The notes under the pieces were generated by a model, which was given only the letters and a program-made list of their open reading frames with translations, did not search any database and was not told where the DNA came from. From positions 128,001-192,000 of the forward strand of contig CAWDDT010000004.1 of NCBI GenBank assembly GCA_963801165.1: 64,000 bases of DNA. Direction: 5' to 3'. This DNA comes from an uncultured bacterium (GTDB lineage: Bacteria; Actinomycetota; Acidimicrobiia; Spongiisociales; UBA5794). A program made the translations under genes and the position numbers. Positions 40,633-51,989 of this stretch are shown one piece after another; the first letter of the stretch is position 1, and every line of letters begins with the position of its first letter.

Positions 40633-41961
40633 GTGAGTTCGCAATCACCACCGACCGAGCAGAAGCGGGGCCGTGTCGGGCAGGTCGCTGCTGCGCTGGC
40701 GCACAGTGTCGGCCAGATGTTCAGCTCGCGCGGTCCCGGGTTCCGCCGTCTCGCCCAGTCTCACGCCGGTGGCACCGCAGGAGACACGCTGGTGGCGATG
40801 GCGCTCGGCACCACCCTGTTCTTCTCGGTGCCGTCCACGGAGGCCCGGTCCAATGTCGCCCTCTACCTGCTGATCACGCTCGCCCCATTTGCCTTGATCG
40901 GCCCGTTTCTGGGGGCGTTCTTCACCCGTTTCCCAGGTGCGTATAGAGGCGGGCTCGTTGCCGCCTCGGCGTTGCGCGCCGTGGCCGCGGTGGCGCTGGC
41001 AATGTCCCTCGATACGGTCCTGCTCTTTCCGCTGGCGTTTCTGTCACTGGTGCTGTCACGGTTTCACGGGATCAGCCGTTCGAGCGTCGTTCCGATTGTT
41101 CTCGATGACCCCGACGAGCTGGTATCTGGTAACGCACAGCTCGCCAAGATCGGTGTGGTGGGCAGCGCCTTCATCGTGCCGTTTGGTCTGCTCGGAGTCG
41201 GATTCGGACACCCGTCTGTTACGTTGATCATCGCCTCGATCGTGTACGTGTGGTCGGCCCTTTCGGCGAAGGGGCTGCCGCCGCTTCGGATCGAGCGGGA
41301 CCGGAGCCGGGAGGCAAGGGCGTTGCGCAAGCGGTCTGCCGCCCCGCGCGAGGTGAGGCTGGCCCGGTTTGCGACGGCAGGTGTGCGTTTCCTCAACGGG
41401 TTCCTGCTTCTTCTCGTGGCGTTTGCTTTCCGTGATCAGGACGCCGGGGTCGCCGACTTCTCCGCTCTGCTCGCGGCTGCCGGCCTCGGTTATCTGATCG
41501 CCGCCTTCGCCACCCCGATTCTCGATCGGAGGATGTCGGAGGAGCCGATGGTGGTCACCGGCCTGGCGATCGAGGCTGGGGCGGCGTTCGTTGCCGCCGA
41601 GGTCTTCGGGCTGCCGGCCGCCGCGTCACTGGCCGCCGCCGCGGGCTTTGCCTGGGGCACTGCCAAGTTCGGGTTCGACGGATTGCTCCAGGCCACCGTC
41701 CCCGAGGAGGGGAGAGGCCGGGCGTTCACCAACGCTGAAACTTTCTTCCAAATCTCCTGGGTCGTCGGAGCCTTGATCCCGGTTGTGCCGGTGATCCCGG
41801 TGACGGCCGGGCTGACAATCGCCGGCATCTCCGCTCTTGTCATCCAGGTCGTCTATGTGAGCGCCGTGCTGGTGCCGGTGGTGCGTCACCGAAGAGCAGC
41901 GGCCGTAGCCACGAGTCGGGAGAACACAGGGCCCGACAAGAACGTCATGGACCTGATCTAG
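40633..41961 (+). CDS. MFS transporter
   Basis: About 12 TM; VALYLLITLAPFA..GP, RGRAF..ET. Confidence 0.8.
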   Translation: MSSQSPPTEQKRGRVGQVAAALAHSVGQMFSSRGPGFRRLAQSHAGGTAGDTLVAMALGTTLFFSVPSTEARSNVALYLLITLAPFALIGPFLGAFFTRFPGAYRGGLVAASALRAVAAVALAMSLDTVLLFPLAFLSLVLSRFHGISRSSVVPIVLDDPDELVSGNAQLAKIGVVGSAFIVPFGLLGVGFGHPSVTLIIASIVYVWSALSAKGLPPLRIERDRSREARALRKRSAAPREVRLARFATAGVRFLNGFLLLLVAFAFRDQDAGVADFSALLAAAGLGYLIAAFATPILDRRMSEEPMVVTGLAIEAGAAFVAAEVFGLPAAASLAAAAGFAWGTAKFGFDGLLQATVPEEGRGRAFTNAETFFQISWVVGALIPVVPVIPVTAGLTIAGISALVIQVVYVSAVLVPVVRHRRAAAVATSRENTGPDKNVMDLI

Positions 41962-41970
41962 CACAGCGTG

Positions 41971-43290
41971 CTAGGCGACGAACCCCGCAAACCGGTGCAG
42001 CTCGGTTCTCGGCACCTGTGCGGTGATCCTGGTCCCGTCGTCGGTGTGCTCGGTGGCCGCCACCCGGCCGATCTGGTGAACCAGGGCGACCACGTCACCG
42101 CGGTCGTAGGGGATCACCAACTCGACGTCGTCGGTTGTGTTCTCGAGCCTCGTGGCGACGGTGGCGAGGAGATTGTCGATCCCTGCTCCCGTTGCTGCCG
42201 ACGTAGCCACAGCCTCGGGATGAAGCGCCAGGAGCCTTTTCACCGCAACGGGATCGGCGATGTCCGTCTTGTTGACGACGAGGACCTCAGGGATGTCTCC
42301 CGCGTCGATCTCCCGGAGCACGCTGTGGACGGCGGTGATCTGGCGGTCGGGATCAGGGTCGGCGGCGTCGATGATGTGTAGGAGCAGGTCGGCCTGATTC
42401 ACTTCCTCGAGGGTGGAGCGAAACGCCTCGATGAGTTGGTGCGGCAGGTTACGGACGAACCCGACGGTGTCCGACACCAACAGCGGTGAGCCGCCGGGAA
42501 GCTCGATGCGGCGCACGGTGGAGTCGAGCGTGGCGAACAGCCGATCCTCGACGAGCACACCCGCGTCGGTGAGCCGGTTGAACATCGTCGACTTGCCTGC
42601 GTTCGTGTAGCCCACCAGCGAGGCGACCGGGAGGCGCGACTTCCGCCGGGCTTTGGTGCGGGTATCCCGAGATCGAGCCAGATGCTTCAGCTCACGCTCG
42701 AGCTTGGCGATGCGGTCGAGGATGCGCCTCCTGTCGGTCTCCAACTGTGTCTCACCAGGCCCACGGGTCCCGATACCGCCGCCGAGACGGCTCATCTCGA
42801 CGCCACGCCCGCGCAGACGCGGCAACCGGTATTGCAGCTGGGCCAGCTCCACCTGAAGCATGCCCTCTCTGCTCGTGGCGTGCTGAGCGAAGATATCGAG
42901 GATCAGGGCGACCCGATCGACGACGTCGCATTGGAACATCCCTTGCAGGTTGCGTTGCTGTGCCGGCGACAGCTCGTTGTCGAAGATGACGACGTCGATG
43001 TCCTGCGCCCTGGTGAGAGCCACCAGCTCCTGGATCTTGCCTTTCCCGATCAGCGTCGCCGCGTCGAGGCGGTCGCGGCGAACCAGCTCCTGGTCAACCG
43101 GGTTCGACCCTGCGGTATCGGTCAGGAGCGCCAGCTCATCCAAGCTCGCTTCCGTGCCGGGAATCGCGCCCTTGCTCTGCGCAACCGCGATGAGGAACGC
43201 GCGCTGCTTGACGACCTCGAGGTCGGTGACACTTGCGGTGAGGCGGGAGCGGCTTCTTCCCGGGCGGGATTGTTCTGCCATCGAGGTCAT
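41971..43290 (-). CDS. hflX: GTPase HflX
   Basis: GIGTRGPGETQLE, GYTNAGKST, FATLD, DTVG, NKTD. Confidence 0.95.
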   Translation of the reverse strand: MTSMAEQSRPGRSRSRLTASVTDLEVVKQRAFLIAVAQSKGAIPGTEASLDELALLTDTAGSNPVDQELVRRDRLDAATLIGKGKIQELVALTRAQDIDVVIFDNELSPAQQRNLQGMFQCDVVDRVALILDIFAQHATSREGMLQVELAQLQYRLPRLRGRGVEMSRLGGGIGTRGPGETQLETDRRRILDRIAKLERELKHLARSRDTRTKARRKSRLPVASLVGYTNAGKSTMFNRLTDAGVLVEDRLFATLDSTVRRIELPGGSPLLVSDTVGFVRNLPHQLIEAFRSTLEEVNQADLLLHIIDAADPDPDRQITAVHSVLREIDAGDIPEVLVVNKTDIADPVAVKRLLALHPEAVATSAATGAGIDNLLATVATRLENTTDDVELVIPYDRGDVVALVHQIGRVAATEHTDDGTRITAQVPRTELHRFAGFVA

Positions 43291-43368
43291 GAAAGCAGAT
43301 CCTGCAGAGACCTGTGGACTTCGTTCACGGGTAGTTGGTATCTTTGAGGCACGCTGATAGGGAGGATC

Positions 43369-43800
43369 ATGCAGAAGACCGTCGGGCAGTTGCTCGAAGC
43401 AAAGGGAGCCGAGGTATGGACGATCGGCCCGGATGCCACCGTCCTCGAGGCTCTCAACTTGCTCGCAGAGAAGAATGTCGGTGCGGTCGTCGTCGTCGCA
43501 GACGGTAAGGTGAGCGGGATACTTTCGGAGCGTGACTACGCCCGCAAGGTCAGGCTCCTGCATCGTGATTCCGGGGATACGGCCGTCTCCGAGATCATGA
43601 CCTCAGAGGTGAGAACGATCACCCGCGACAAGGATGTCGTGGACTGCATGGAGATGATGACCGAGTTTCATATCCGCCATCTTCCCGTAGTCGAGGGCGA
43701 CACCCTGGTCGGGCTCATCTCGGTGGGCGACGTGGTCAAAGCGGTGATCGCCGAGCAGGCGTTCCTGATCGATCAGCTGCACCAGTACATCACCGGGTAG
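43369..43800 (+). CDS. CBS domain protein
   Basis: GILSERDY, IRHLPV, ISVGDVVK. Confidence 0.92.
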   Translation: MQKTVGQLLEAKGAEVWTIGPDATVLEALNLLAEKNVGAVVVVADGKVSGILSERDYARKVRLLHRDSGDTAVSEIMTSEVRTITRDKDVVDCMEMMTEFHIRHLPVVEGDTLVGLISVGDVVKAVIAEQAFLIDQLHQYITG

Positions 43801-43845
43801 CTACATCACCGGTAGCTACATCACCGGGTAGCTACATCACCGGTA
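43786..43845. repeat. Four-unit 15/16-bp tandem repeat
   Basis: TACATCACCGG(G)TAGC x4. Confidence 0.9.
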
Positions 43846-43852
43846 ACGCGGT

Positions 43853-44176
43853 TCAGGCTCCGCGATCGGCCATGATCGAAGCGTCGTACGGCTCGATCAT
43901 GATGCACTCACCGGGGCACTCCTCTGCCGCCTCGACCACCGTGTCGACGTCGTTGTCGGGAACCCGGGCGACGCCGCGTGAGCCGTCGGGACCGTGGTCA
44001 TCGCCTTCGCCGGCGTCGAAGTAGATGGTCTTGCCAAAGTTGGACGCCTCTTCCTTCACTGTCCACAGGCCATCGTCGCGGCCCCGGAACACGTCGGGTG
44101 CGATCTCCTCGCAGATGCCGTCGCCGGTGCAGAGATCCTGGTCGATCCACACCATCAGTTTGGTTTCATCAGCCAT
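43853..44176 (-). CDS. Ferredoxin (Fer4_13/15 type)
   Basis: DLCTGDGIC..APDVF...CPGECI. Confidence 0.9.
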   Translation of the reverse strand: MADETKLMVWIDQDLCTGDGICEEIAPDVFRGRDDGLWTVKEEASNFGKTIYFDAGEGDDHGPDGSRGVARVPDNDVDTVVEAAEECPGECIMIEPYDASIMADRGA

Positions 44177-44271
44177 CGCTCACCTTGTCGCCTGGGAATC
44201 GCGGCTCAGATTAGTCGCCGGGTGCCGGACTGCCGGCGGACCCCAGGTGGGCCGGCGGTAACCTCACCCTC

Positions 44272-44366
44272 GGAGGTGTCAGGATGCCTGGTGGGTCCCG
44301 CGGTCTTCAAAACCGTTGAGGGGGCGAAAGTCCCCTGGCGGGTTCGATTCCCGTCCGCCTCCGCCA
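44272..44366 (+). tRNA. selC: tRNA-Sec (UCA)
   Basis: 95 nt; anticodon loop CTTCAAA, TGGT D-loop, long variable arm AGGGGGC-GAAA-GTCCCCT, TTCGATT T-loop, G-CCA end. Confidence 0.95.
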
Positions 44367-44373
44367 GAGCCCG

Positions 44374-45594
44374 TCAAATAAGGGTATTCCGGGTGCTGCC
44401 GTCGAGTTCGACGACGGCCCCGGAGCCCTTCGGGGCGCGCTCGGGGCGCGATAGGGGCGCGGGAGAATCACTCGAGCCTCGTTGGGGGCGTGTCTGGGGC
44501 GGTGTGGTGGCGGCGATGTAGCGGCGGTCGAGCGCGTCGGAGAGGGCGTCGAGGTCGTCTGTCGTAGAGGTGTCCGTATAGGTCGAGTGTCATTGCTGCT
44601 GAGGCATGGCCGAGCTGGCGTTGTACTGCTTTGATGTTGGCTCCGGTGGAGATCATCAGCGAGGCTGCGGTGCCTCGCAGGTCGTGGATGCGGAGTTGCT
44701 CGAGGTCTGCTGCTTCGATGGCTGGTTTCCAGACGGTTTGGCGGAACGGGGAGGAGCGGAGCGGCCCTCCTTTTGGTGCGGTGAAGACGAGCCCGTCGTC
44801 GGTGATGGTGCCGAGGTGGGCGGCGAGACGGTCGGCGAGGAACGCGGGCATGGTGACGAGACGCCGTTCGTGGGTTTTGGGTGTTCCCCATGACAGACCG
44901 GAGCCGAGTTCGGTTGCGGATTCGGCGATCTCGATGCGACGCCGCAGCAGGTGGACACGAGGTCGTCTCAGCGCGACGAGTTCGCCCCATCGCATCCCGA
45001 CCCACGCCAGGGTCTCGATGATGAGCCCGGTTCCGGTTTGAGCGTTCTCGGCGGCTGCGGCGAGGACTGTGACTTGTTCGGCGGTGAGGAACCGCTGCTC
45101 GCGTCGCCGCACCGTCGGGACCTTCACCCCGGACGTCGGGTCGCGGGCCAGGATCCCGTCGTTGACGGCCAGCTGGAGCGGGCTGATAGGACTTGTTTGG
45201 CTTGTTTGATCCGTGACGCGGAGAGCCCCTCGGTGGTCATGTCGGCGATCCATTCCCGCACCATGGCCGGCGAGATGCGGTTGACTGGCAGATCCCCGAA
45301 TGCGGGTAGTACGCGTGAGCGGAGCAGCGATTCGTATCCGGCGCGGGTTTTGGGTTTGATGTCGAGTCCGGCGAGCCAGGCGGCGGCGGCTTCGGCGAGT
45401 GGGATGTCTCCGGCTTCGGGGGCGATCCAGTCGCCACGGTCGATTGACCCGAGTCTGGCAACCAGCCAGCGGTCGGCGTCGACTTTCCGGTCGAAGCTCC
45501 TTGAGCGGATGCGTCCGTCGGGGCCTCGATATCGGGCTCGCCACCTTTTCCCGGTGCGTCCTTGCCGGTCTTCGATCCATCCGGAGCGTCTCAT
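44374..45594 (-). CDS. Tyrosine integrase with two frameshifts (~45180, ~44560)
   Basis: WRARYR.PDG arm domain; GMRWGE, HDLR, LGH, TLDLYGH; corrected tail DDLDALSDALD..NTLI*. Confidence 0.9.
44432..44461. repeat. Candidate integrase arm-type sites
   Basis: GGGGCGCG x3 at 11-bp period; x2 at 54994-55012. Confidence 0.6.
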
Positions 45595-45917
45595 GCGGTT
45601 CTCCCTCCCTACGTCTCGATGCGGCATCTACTCGTATCCATACACGGAATCCGGTGTGGCGGGCTGTCAACCCCATTGCCGGCCACAACTCTGAGACGGC
45701 AGAAGGCGAGTTCACATCTCTCATCATTGCTCATCATCTCTCATTAGTTATCAATATTTATACGCTATCAATGTTGTATAAGGGTTATGATAGTCGAAGG
45801 AACGGACACCCGCACCGGGAATCTGATCATGACTCCAGCTACCAACCTGCAGCGACCCCACAGAGTCTTTGAGGACAGACGGGTGCACACCTGCGGTGAC
45901 AGGGTGGGGGTGGCACG

Positions 45918-48675
45918 GTGACGGTGCGGGTGACGACGTTGAAAGGCACCGAGGCTGGTCGCTATTACACCGAGCAGCTCCCGTCGTACTACCTCGACAG
46001 CGGTGAGCCGCCGGGTCGCTGGTTCGGACACGGCGCCGCCGAGCTGGGTCTTGATGGTGTGGTCGACGATGAGGCGTTCTTGGCGGTGATGGCCGGATTG
46101 CATCCGACGACAGGGGAGCGGCTGGGTCGCCGCTTCGGCGACGGTTCGGTGCGGGGGTTCGATGCGACGTTTTCGGCGCCGAAGTCGGTGTCGGTTCTGT
46201 TCGCCGTAGGCGACGAACAATTGCGCCGCGCAGGTGACCGAGGCGCATGACCGGGCGGTCGACGCGGTGCTCGACTGGGTCGAGTCGCAGGCGCATACGA
46301 GGTTGCGGTGGCGGGGTCATGTGGTGTGTGTCGATGCCGAAGGGATCGTGGTCGGGGTGTTTCGTCAGCACACGAGCCGCCGACTCGACCCGCAGTTGCA
46401 TACCCATGCGGTGATCGCCAACCGAGTCAGGGCTCCGGACGGGCGTTGGTTGGCGCTCGATGCCCGCACGTTGAAGATGGATCAGCGGACCTTGTCGGGG
46501 TTGTATCACGCCGGGTTGCGGGCCGAGCTGACCCGCCGCCTCGGAGTCCAATGGCACCAACCCGAAAATGGGATTGCCGAGATGGTCGGTGTCGACCCGG
46601 AGGTGCTGGCCGAGTTCTCCCAACGCAGCCGCGACATCGAGCAGCGGGTCGGTGAGAAGCTGGACCGGTTCCGCACCGACCTCGGGCGGGAACCGACACC
46701 ACGGGAACGGTGGCGTCTGGAACGCGAGGCCGTGTTGGACAGCCGCCCCGCCAAGACCACGGTCACGCTGCCGGCGAGTTGCATGCCGGGTGGCGCAGCA
46801 GGTTGCGAGCCGGCTCGGTTTCGAACCACGACGACATCGCCGTCGGCACGGTGGGTCGGGTCCGCCGGGCGACCGGCATCGACCAGGCGACAATGGCCGG
46901 AATGATCGATGGGGCGTTGGAGGCGTTGGGGGAGCGGCAGTCGACATGGCGTCCCGCCGAACTGGTCCGTGAGCTCGCCGCCCAGGTCCCCACCAATGTC
47001 ACCGTCGAACCGGATCGTCTGTGCGGTTTCCTGCAGGACCTCGCCAACCACGTCGCGGCAGACCGCTGTGTCGACCTGTCCCCACCAGTCCCGTCTGGTG
47101 CCGTGTTGCGCCGTGACGGGCGCCCGATCAGCGAAGCCGCCGTCGACCGGGCCCTCACCACCCAGGCGATCCTCGAGGAGGAGGAACGGATCGTGGAATG
47201 GGCTGAGCGGCAGCGCCGTTTCGCCGACATCATCGACACCACACCCCGGGGCCTCGACACGCAGGGTTTGAGTGCGGGTCAGGCCGAAGCGTGTCGGGCA
47301 GCAGCCGGTGGCGCACCGTTGGAGCTGATCGTCGGACCCGCCGGATCGGGCAAGACCACCGCCCTCACACCCGCCGTCGCCTACCTACAAGACCGCGGCC
47401 AGACGGTGTTCGGGGTGGCACCCACCGCAGCAGCCGCCGAGGTGCTCGCCACCGAAACCACCATGGCGGCCGACACGCTCGACAAGCTCCTCTACGAACA
47501 CTCCCGGCCCGACCGGCCACCACAACCGGCATACGACTGCCGCGGGGGTCGACGGTGATCGTCGATGAAGCCGGCACCGTGTCCACCCCGAAACTCGCCG
47601 CCCTCACCCGTCTCGCCGACGACAAGGCGTGGCGGGTGGTGATGGTGGGTGATCCCCGCCAGTTCTCCGCCGTCGGTCGGGGCGGCATGTTCGCCCACCT
47701 CATCGACACCTACGGCGCCATCGAACTCGACCACATCCACCGCTTCACCCACCAATGGGAAGCCGACGCCACCCGGCGTCTCCGCCAAGGCGACATCGGC
47801 GTGCTCGGCGAGTATCAGCGTCACGGTCGCCTCCACGACGGCACCCCCGACGCGATGGAGACAGCGATCGTCGAGGCCTGGAGTCAGGCGCGGCGGCGGG
47901 GCGAGTCGGTGGCGTTGATGGCCAACACCAACCACACCGTCAACCGTCTCAACCAGCTCGCGCAACAAAGACGCATCGGCACCGGTGAGCTCGACCCGAA
48001 CGGGCCCGGCCTCGACGCTCGGCCGGCGAGCGGCTGCTCGTCGGCGACGAGGTGGTTACCCGCCGCAACCAGCGCACCCTGCGCACCGACCACGGTGTCA
48101 TGGTGAAGAACCGGGACCACTGGACCATCGAAGCCATCCACCCCGACGGCGCCGTCACCGTCACCGGACGGGCGGGCAGGGTGCGTCTCCCCGCCGACTA
48201 CGCCGCCGAGGATCTCGAACTCGGCTATGCCCAGACCAGCCACGCCACCCAAGGCCGCACCGTCGACACCGGTCTCCTCCTCGTCGACGGCCCCATCGAC
48301 GGCCGCGGCCTCTACACGCCGCTGACCCGCGGCCGAAGCTCCAACCACGCCTACGTCGTCACCAGCGAAAACGAAACGGCAGCCGACGTCCTCACCCAAG
48401 CGATCGCCCGGGACTGGATCGACCAACCCGCCATCACCCAACGAACACGCCTCGAAGCCGGCAAGGCGTTGAACCCCACGCTCGGACACAGCCAGCTCGG
48501 AGACGATCAGCAAGAAGCAACGCACCCACCCGATCACGACGTCGGCAAGCCAGATCTCAGCTCCGACGACCACCAAACCTGGCAGACAAATCAACCGGAG
48601 CATCGAAGCCGCCAAGCAACGCCAGCGCCGCTGAGCGCAGCCCGCAGCCGACACACCCCCGGCATCGGCCGCTGA
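45918..48675 (+). CDS. MobF (TrwC) relaxase-helicase split over five ORFs
   Basis: YY..YY, FDATFSAPKSVS, HTSR..DPQLHTH, GPAGSGKTT, VDEAG, GDPRQ, GYAQTSHATQG.TVD. Confidence 0.9.
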
Positions 48676-48835
48676 CCACAACCACGGCCACGGAACGTGA
48701 CGAACCAATAACTGGTCTAGATCACCGGCATATTGCCGGATCGAGGGCGGTTGTGGGTGCTCGATAACGCGGCGTGGCTGGTGTCGTTATGGGCGGGTGG
48801 TAGCCATCCATGCCTACTAGTGGTAGTATTCCGGT

Positions 48836-49060
48836 ATGAAGCTCAGTGTCAGTCTTCCGGACGAGGATGTTCAGTTCCTCGATCAGTACGCTCAAACCCA
48901 AGGATACGAGTCCCGGTCCGCTGTGGTGCACAAGGCCGTCCGGCTACTTCGTGCATCCGAACTGGGAGGCGACTACGCCGACGCTTGGCAGGAATGGTCA
49001 GATTCGGGTAATGCCGAGGTCTGGGACGCTGCTATAGGCGACGCGTTGGTTGGCAACTAA
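48836..49060 (+). CDS. RHH antitoxin (MazE-like)
   Basis: MKLSVSL..D..SRSAV..AV.LLR..L..YA.AW.EW; coupled to the toxin. Confidence 0.9.
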   Translation: MKLSVSLPDEDVQFLDQYAQTQGYESRSAVVHKAVRLLRASELGGDYADAWQEWSDSGNAEVWDAAIGDALVGN

Positions 49061-49407
49061 TGCTGCGCGGTGAAATCCGGATGGTTGATCTCGATCCGGC
49101 ACGACAGGGTGAAGCAAACAAACGACGCCCGGCGGTTCTTGTTTCCAATGACGGTGCCAATACCACCGCCGCCAGGCTGGGACGCGGTGTGGTGACTGTG
49201 GTTCCGGTTAGTTCCAACGTCACCCGGGTTTATCCCTTTCAGGTGCTGCTTGCTGGAAACGAAACGGGTCTCGATCGTGACTCGAAAGCCCAGGCTGAAC
49301 AGGTCCGGTCCGTTTCTGTCGATAGGGTTTCCCACAAGGTCGGTACGGTGCCGCCGGACATCATGCTTGCAGTCGATGACGCTTTGCGTCTCCACCTCGC
49401 GCTCTGA
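49060..49407 (+). CDS. mazF: MazF/PemK toxin
   Basis: RGEI..VDLDP..G.E..KRRPAV.VSND, DSKAQAEQVRS. Confidence 0.95.
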   Translation: MLRGEIRMVDLDPARQGEANKRRPAVLVSNDGANTTAARLGRGVVTVVPVSSNVTRVYPFQVLLAGNETGLDRDSKAQAEQVRSVSVDRVSHKVGTVPPDIMLAVDDALRLHLAL

Positions 49408-49633
49408 CGATCGGTGCTACCTGACTTGACGCCTACGACTACGCGTTGGCTGCCGAGAGTCAACGCCACTGGATGCCATCTCAGATCACCAAATCCCGGA
49501 CGATGAGACGCACATCACCGAACCACGCATACCGGCGCCTCTCTCCGCTCGGCATGGCGGCCACGCAGGGTTGTACCAAGCGGTCGGCGGGTGTCTTCCA
49601 TCACCTCAAACTTTCGTATTACGATATTGAGAT

Positions 49634-49897
49634 GTGGAAATCTACCGCACAGCCCACAAACACGGCATCAGCGACGCCGATATCCGGCACGCCGTCGACA
49701 ACGCCATCACCGTTGTTGACCTCGAACCCGACGTGGACCCTCCCAAGGTCCTGGCCATCGGACCGGACCGTGCCGGGAACCTGTTGGAGGTCATCTGGCT
49801 CGAACTCGCCAATGACGCTCAGCTGGCGATTCACGCCATGCCGCTTCGACCCACTTTCTACGACTTGCTCCCGTTCCCCGGGGAGGACATACCATGA
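49634..49897 (+). CDS. Putative toxin (BrnT/RelE-like)
   Basis: A.KHGI..DI.HA, IGPDRAGNLLEV, IHAMPLR. Confidence 0.8.
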   Translation: MEIYRTAHKHGISDADIRHAVDNAITVVDLEPDVDPPKVLAIGPDRAGNLLEVIWLELANDAQLAIHAMPLRPTFYDLLPFPGEDIP

Positions 49898-50175
49898 GTG
49901 ACAACAAGACACGCCGCACCGCCACTGGCCGCAGCCTCACCGAAGAGGAACTGGACCACATCGCCGCCGAAGTCGAAGAGACCGCATACGATGTTGGGGT
50001 ACTCAAGACTCGTCGCCGCGGCCGCCCCCCGATGGGGTCGGGACCGGCAGATGTGGTCCCTGTTCGCATCGACCCGGAACTGAAGGCAGCGATCGAGGCT
50101 CGAGCCCAAGCAGACCACACATCCACCAGCGAGATCATCCGCGAAGCAATCCGCCGTTTCCTCGACGTGGCCTGA
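49894..50175 (+). CDS. CopG/RHH antitoxin
   Basis: RGRP..G..VVPVR..EL..SEIIREAIRRFL; ATGA overlap. Confidence 0.85.
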   Translation: MSDNKTRRTATGRSLTEEELDHIAAEVEETAYDVGVLKTRRRGRPPMGSGPADVVPVRIDPELKAAIEARAQADHTSTSEIIREAIRRFLDVA

Positions 50176-50445
50176 CCTAGACCAGAGCAGACCAACAATT
50201 CTGTCGCAAGAACGATCACTTCCCCGAGTGCGCCCGATCGGCACTTCCAAGATCGGGGCCGGGACAGGGAGGCTGCCACGCAGCGTGGTGCCCGCTTGAC
50301 CCGATCTTCCGTTCCATTGCTACTCAACCCCAGGCAATGGCGCCACGTCATACCGATCACGCAACGCAACCGTTGGATGACATAACTGGCCATGACGCGG
50401 CACCGGATTGGTCAGCTCCGCTAGCGTCCAGCGAACGCAGAAAGG

Positions 50446-51273
50446 TTGCGGATGAAGTGTCCAAGCGGGGATTCCGAGGAGCCTCGTGACGATGAGGAGC
50501 TGGCGCGTGTCCTGCTGGGCGAACATCTCTCAGGCGAGTTAGTTCGTGTCGATCCCCCTCTACCCGATTTCGTCATCTGTCGCGATGGTGTGATCGAAGG
50601 CGGCGTCGAGGTGACACGCGCAACTGACGAAGATTCAGAGCGACTCAGGGGGCTACTTCGCAAAGACGGTCCCTCGTTTGAGTCCGATCGCTTGGAACAG
50701 AACTGGATCGTGATGTTCAACAAGGGCGCTGACCTGCGCAAACTCAACCGGGATCGTCTCGTCGATGCCCTCGTGCTGATGGAGCTCGACGCGACCGAGC
50801 GAGCACTTGCCGCAACGAACCGCCAGATCCAGCAGCGACACGCTCTTGAAGCTATCCGTCACGAAACGCAAATCAAGGGCGTGCTTGGCACTCTTGGCGT
50901 CGACCACGCCATACCGTGGAACCACAACAAGCCCGCCGGAACGGTGCACCTATCTGAGGGCGGGTGGACGTGGGCGTGGGAGCATCCAAACCTGATCAAT
51001 GACCTCGCGGAGGAAGTGATAGAGCGGAAGAAAGAAAAAGGCCTCCGGAGCATCAGTGGAGAAAGCCACCTGTTTGTGTGGGTAGACCCTTGGGAGCCGA
51101 CCGGCGCTGGCATTTTAATGAGCGGACAAGCCGAGCTTCCGGAAGAACCACCGAAGATCCCGGATTGGGTCACCGATGTTTGGATGGTAAGCACGTTCGG
51201 CCCTGCCCGCCTGTGGCACTGCTCAAGAGGTGGATCGTGGCATCTCCGAACCTCCGGGCAACCCGACCCCTAG
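50446..51273 (+). CDS. Hypothetical protein with PD-(D/E)XK-like motif
   Basis: LPDF..GVEVT; start uncertain. Confidence 0.6.
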   Translation: MRMKCPSGDSEEPRDDEELARVLLGEHLSGELVRVDPPLPDFVICRDGVIEGGVEVTRATDEDSERLRGLLRKDGPSFESDRLEQNWIVMFNKGADLRKLNRDRLVDALVLMELDATERALAATNRQIQQRHALEAIRHETQIKGVLGTLGVDHAIPWNHNKPAGTVHLSEGGWTWAWEHPNLINDLAEEVIERKKEKGLRSISGESHLFVWVDPWEPTGAGILMSGQAELPEEPPKIPDWVTDVWMVSTFGPARLWHCSRGGSWHLRTSGQPDP

Positions 51274-51480
51274 AAACCCCCACATCCCGTGAACACTCCC
51301 GTCCTAGAACACCAAATCGGGCGTGATAACCATCACATTGCCCACCCACTCGATATCGGCACCTCCACGGGCGGGCTCCGGAACACTCGTGGTGGCAACG
51401 GCCATCCGATAAGCGCATCGATCAAGGGAGCACTACTCGCCTATCCTGAGTCGAGAGAATCCAGACGGGAGGCGACCGCC

Positions 51481-51810
51481 ATGGCGAAAAGGATCATTGT
51501 CGCTACTTGCCTAGCTTGGGCGTTTCTGGGTTTTGCGATCGCTATGGTCGCCCTCCCGGAAGTCAACGCCGATGCAAAGCTCCTTGTCGGATCGATGTCT
51601 GTGCTTCTCCCCGCTGCGGCGGTGGGGGCAGCCTGGGCCGCCAATCGTTCGAAGGTCTGGCTCACCGTCGTCCTGCTTCTCATATCGGTCGGGACGCCAA
51701 CATACATGCTGTATGTCGCCAACCTAATTCCGGTGATTCTGGCGGCTGTCCTCGCCCGGAGAGGGCGGGTTCTATTGGATTCGGTCCAGTCGAATTCGGT
51801 CACGGTCTGA
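51481..51810 (+). CDS. Small multi-TM protein
   Basis: GGAGG RBS; mostly hydrophobic. Confidence 0.65.
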   Translation: MAKRIIVATCLAWAFLGFAIAMVALPEVNADAKLLVGSMSVLLPAAAVGAAWAANRSKVWLTVVLLLISVGTPTYMLYVANLIPVILAAVLARRGRVLLDSVQSNSVTV

Positions 51811-51989
51811 GGTGTTCTAGGTCGCTCGACCCTCAGAGGTATTCGAATCGGGGCCACCTCAGGTCTTTGGCCGCCCCCGACCAGCATTATCCGAGCAATA
51901 ACGCAGATTTCGCCGACCGTCCCCGAACGGCACCTCCGCGAGCGGGGTGTCGACCACCGGTGGTGACGCGGTCGATTGTGGTGCTGCTG

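Noticed and set aside
43291-43563. N-terminal extension of hflX
   Set aside because: Overlaps the CBS gene on the opposite strand
43786-43845. Mini-CRISPR
   Set aside because: No spacers; simple tandem repeat
48700-48745. Eighth copy of the island repeat after the relaxase
   Set aside because: Only CAATAAC and TTGCCG match and the spacing does not fit
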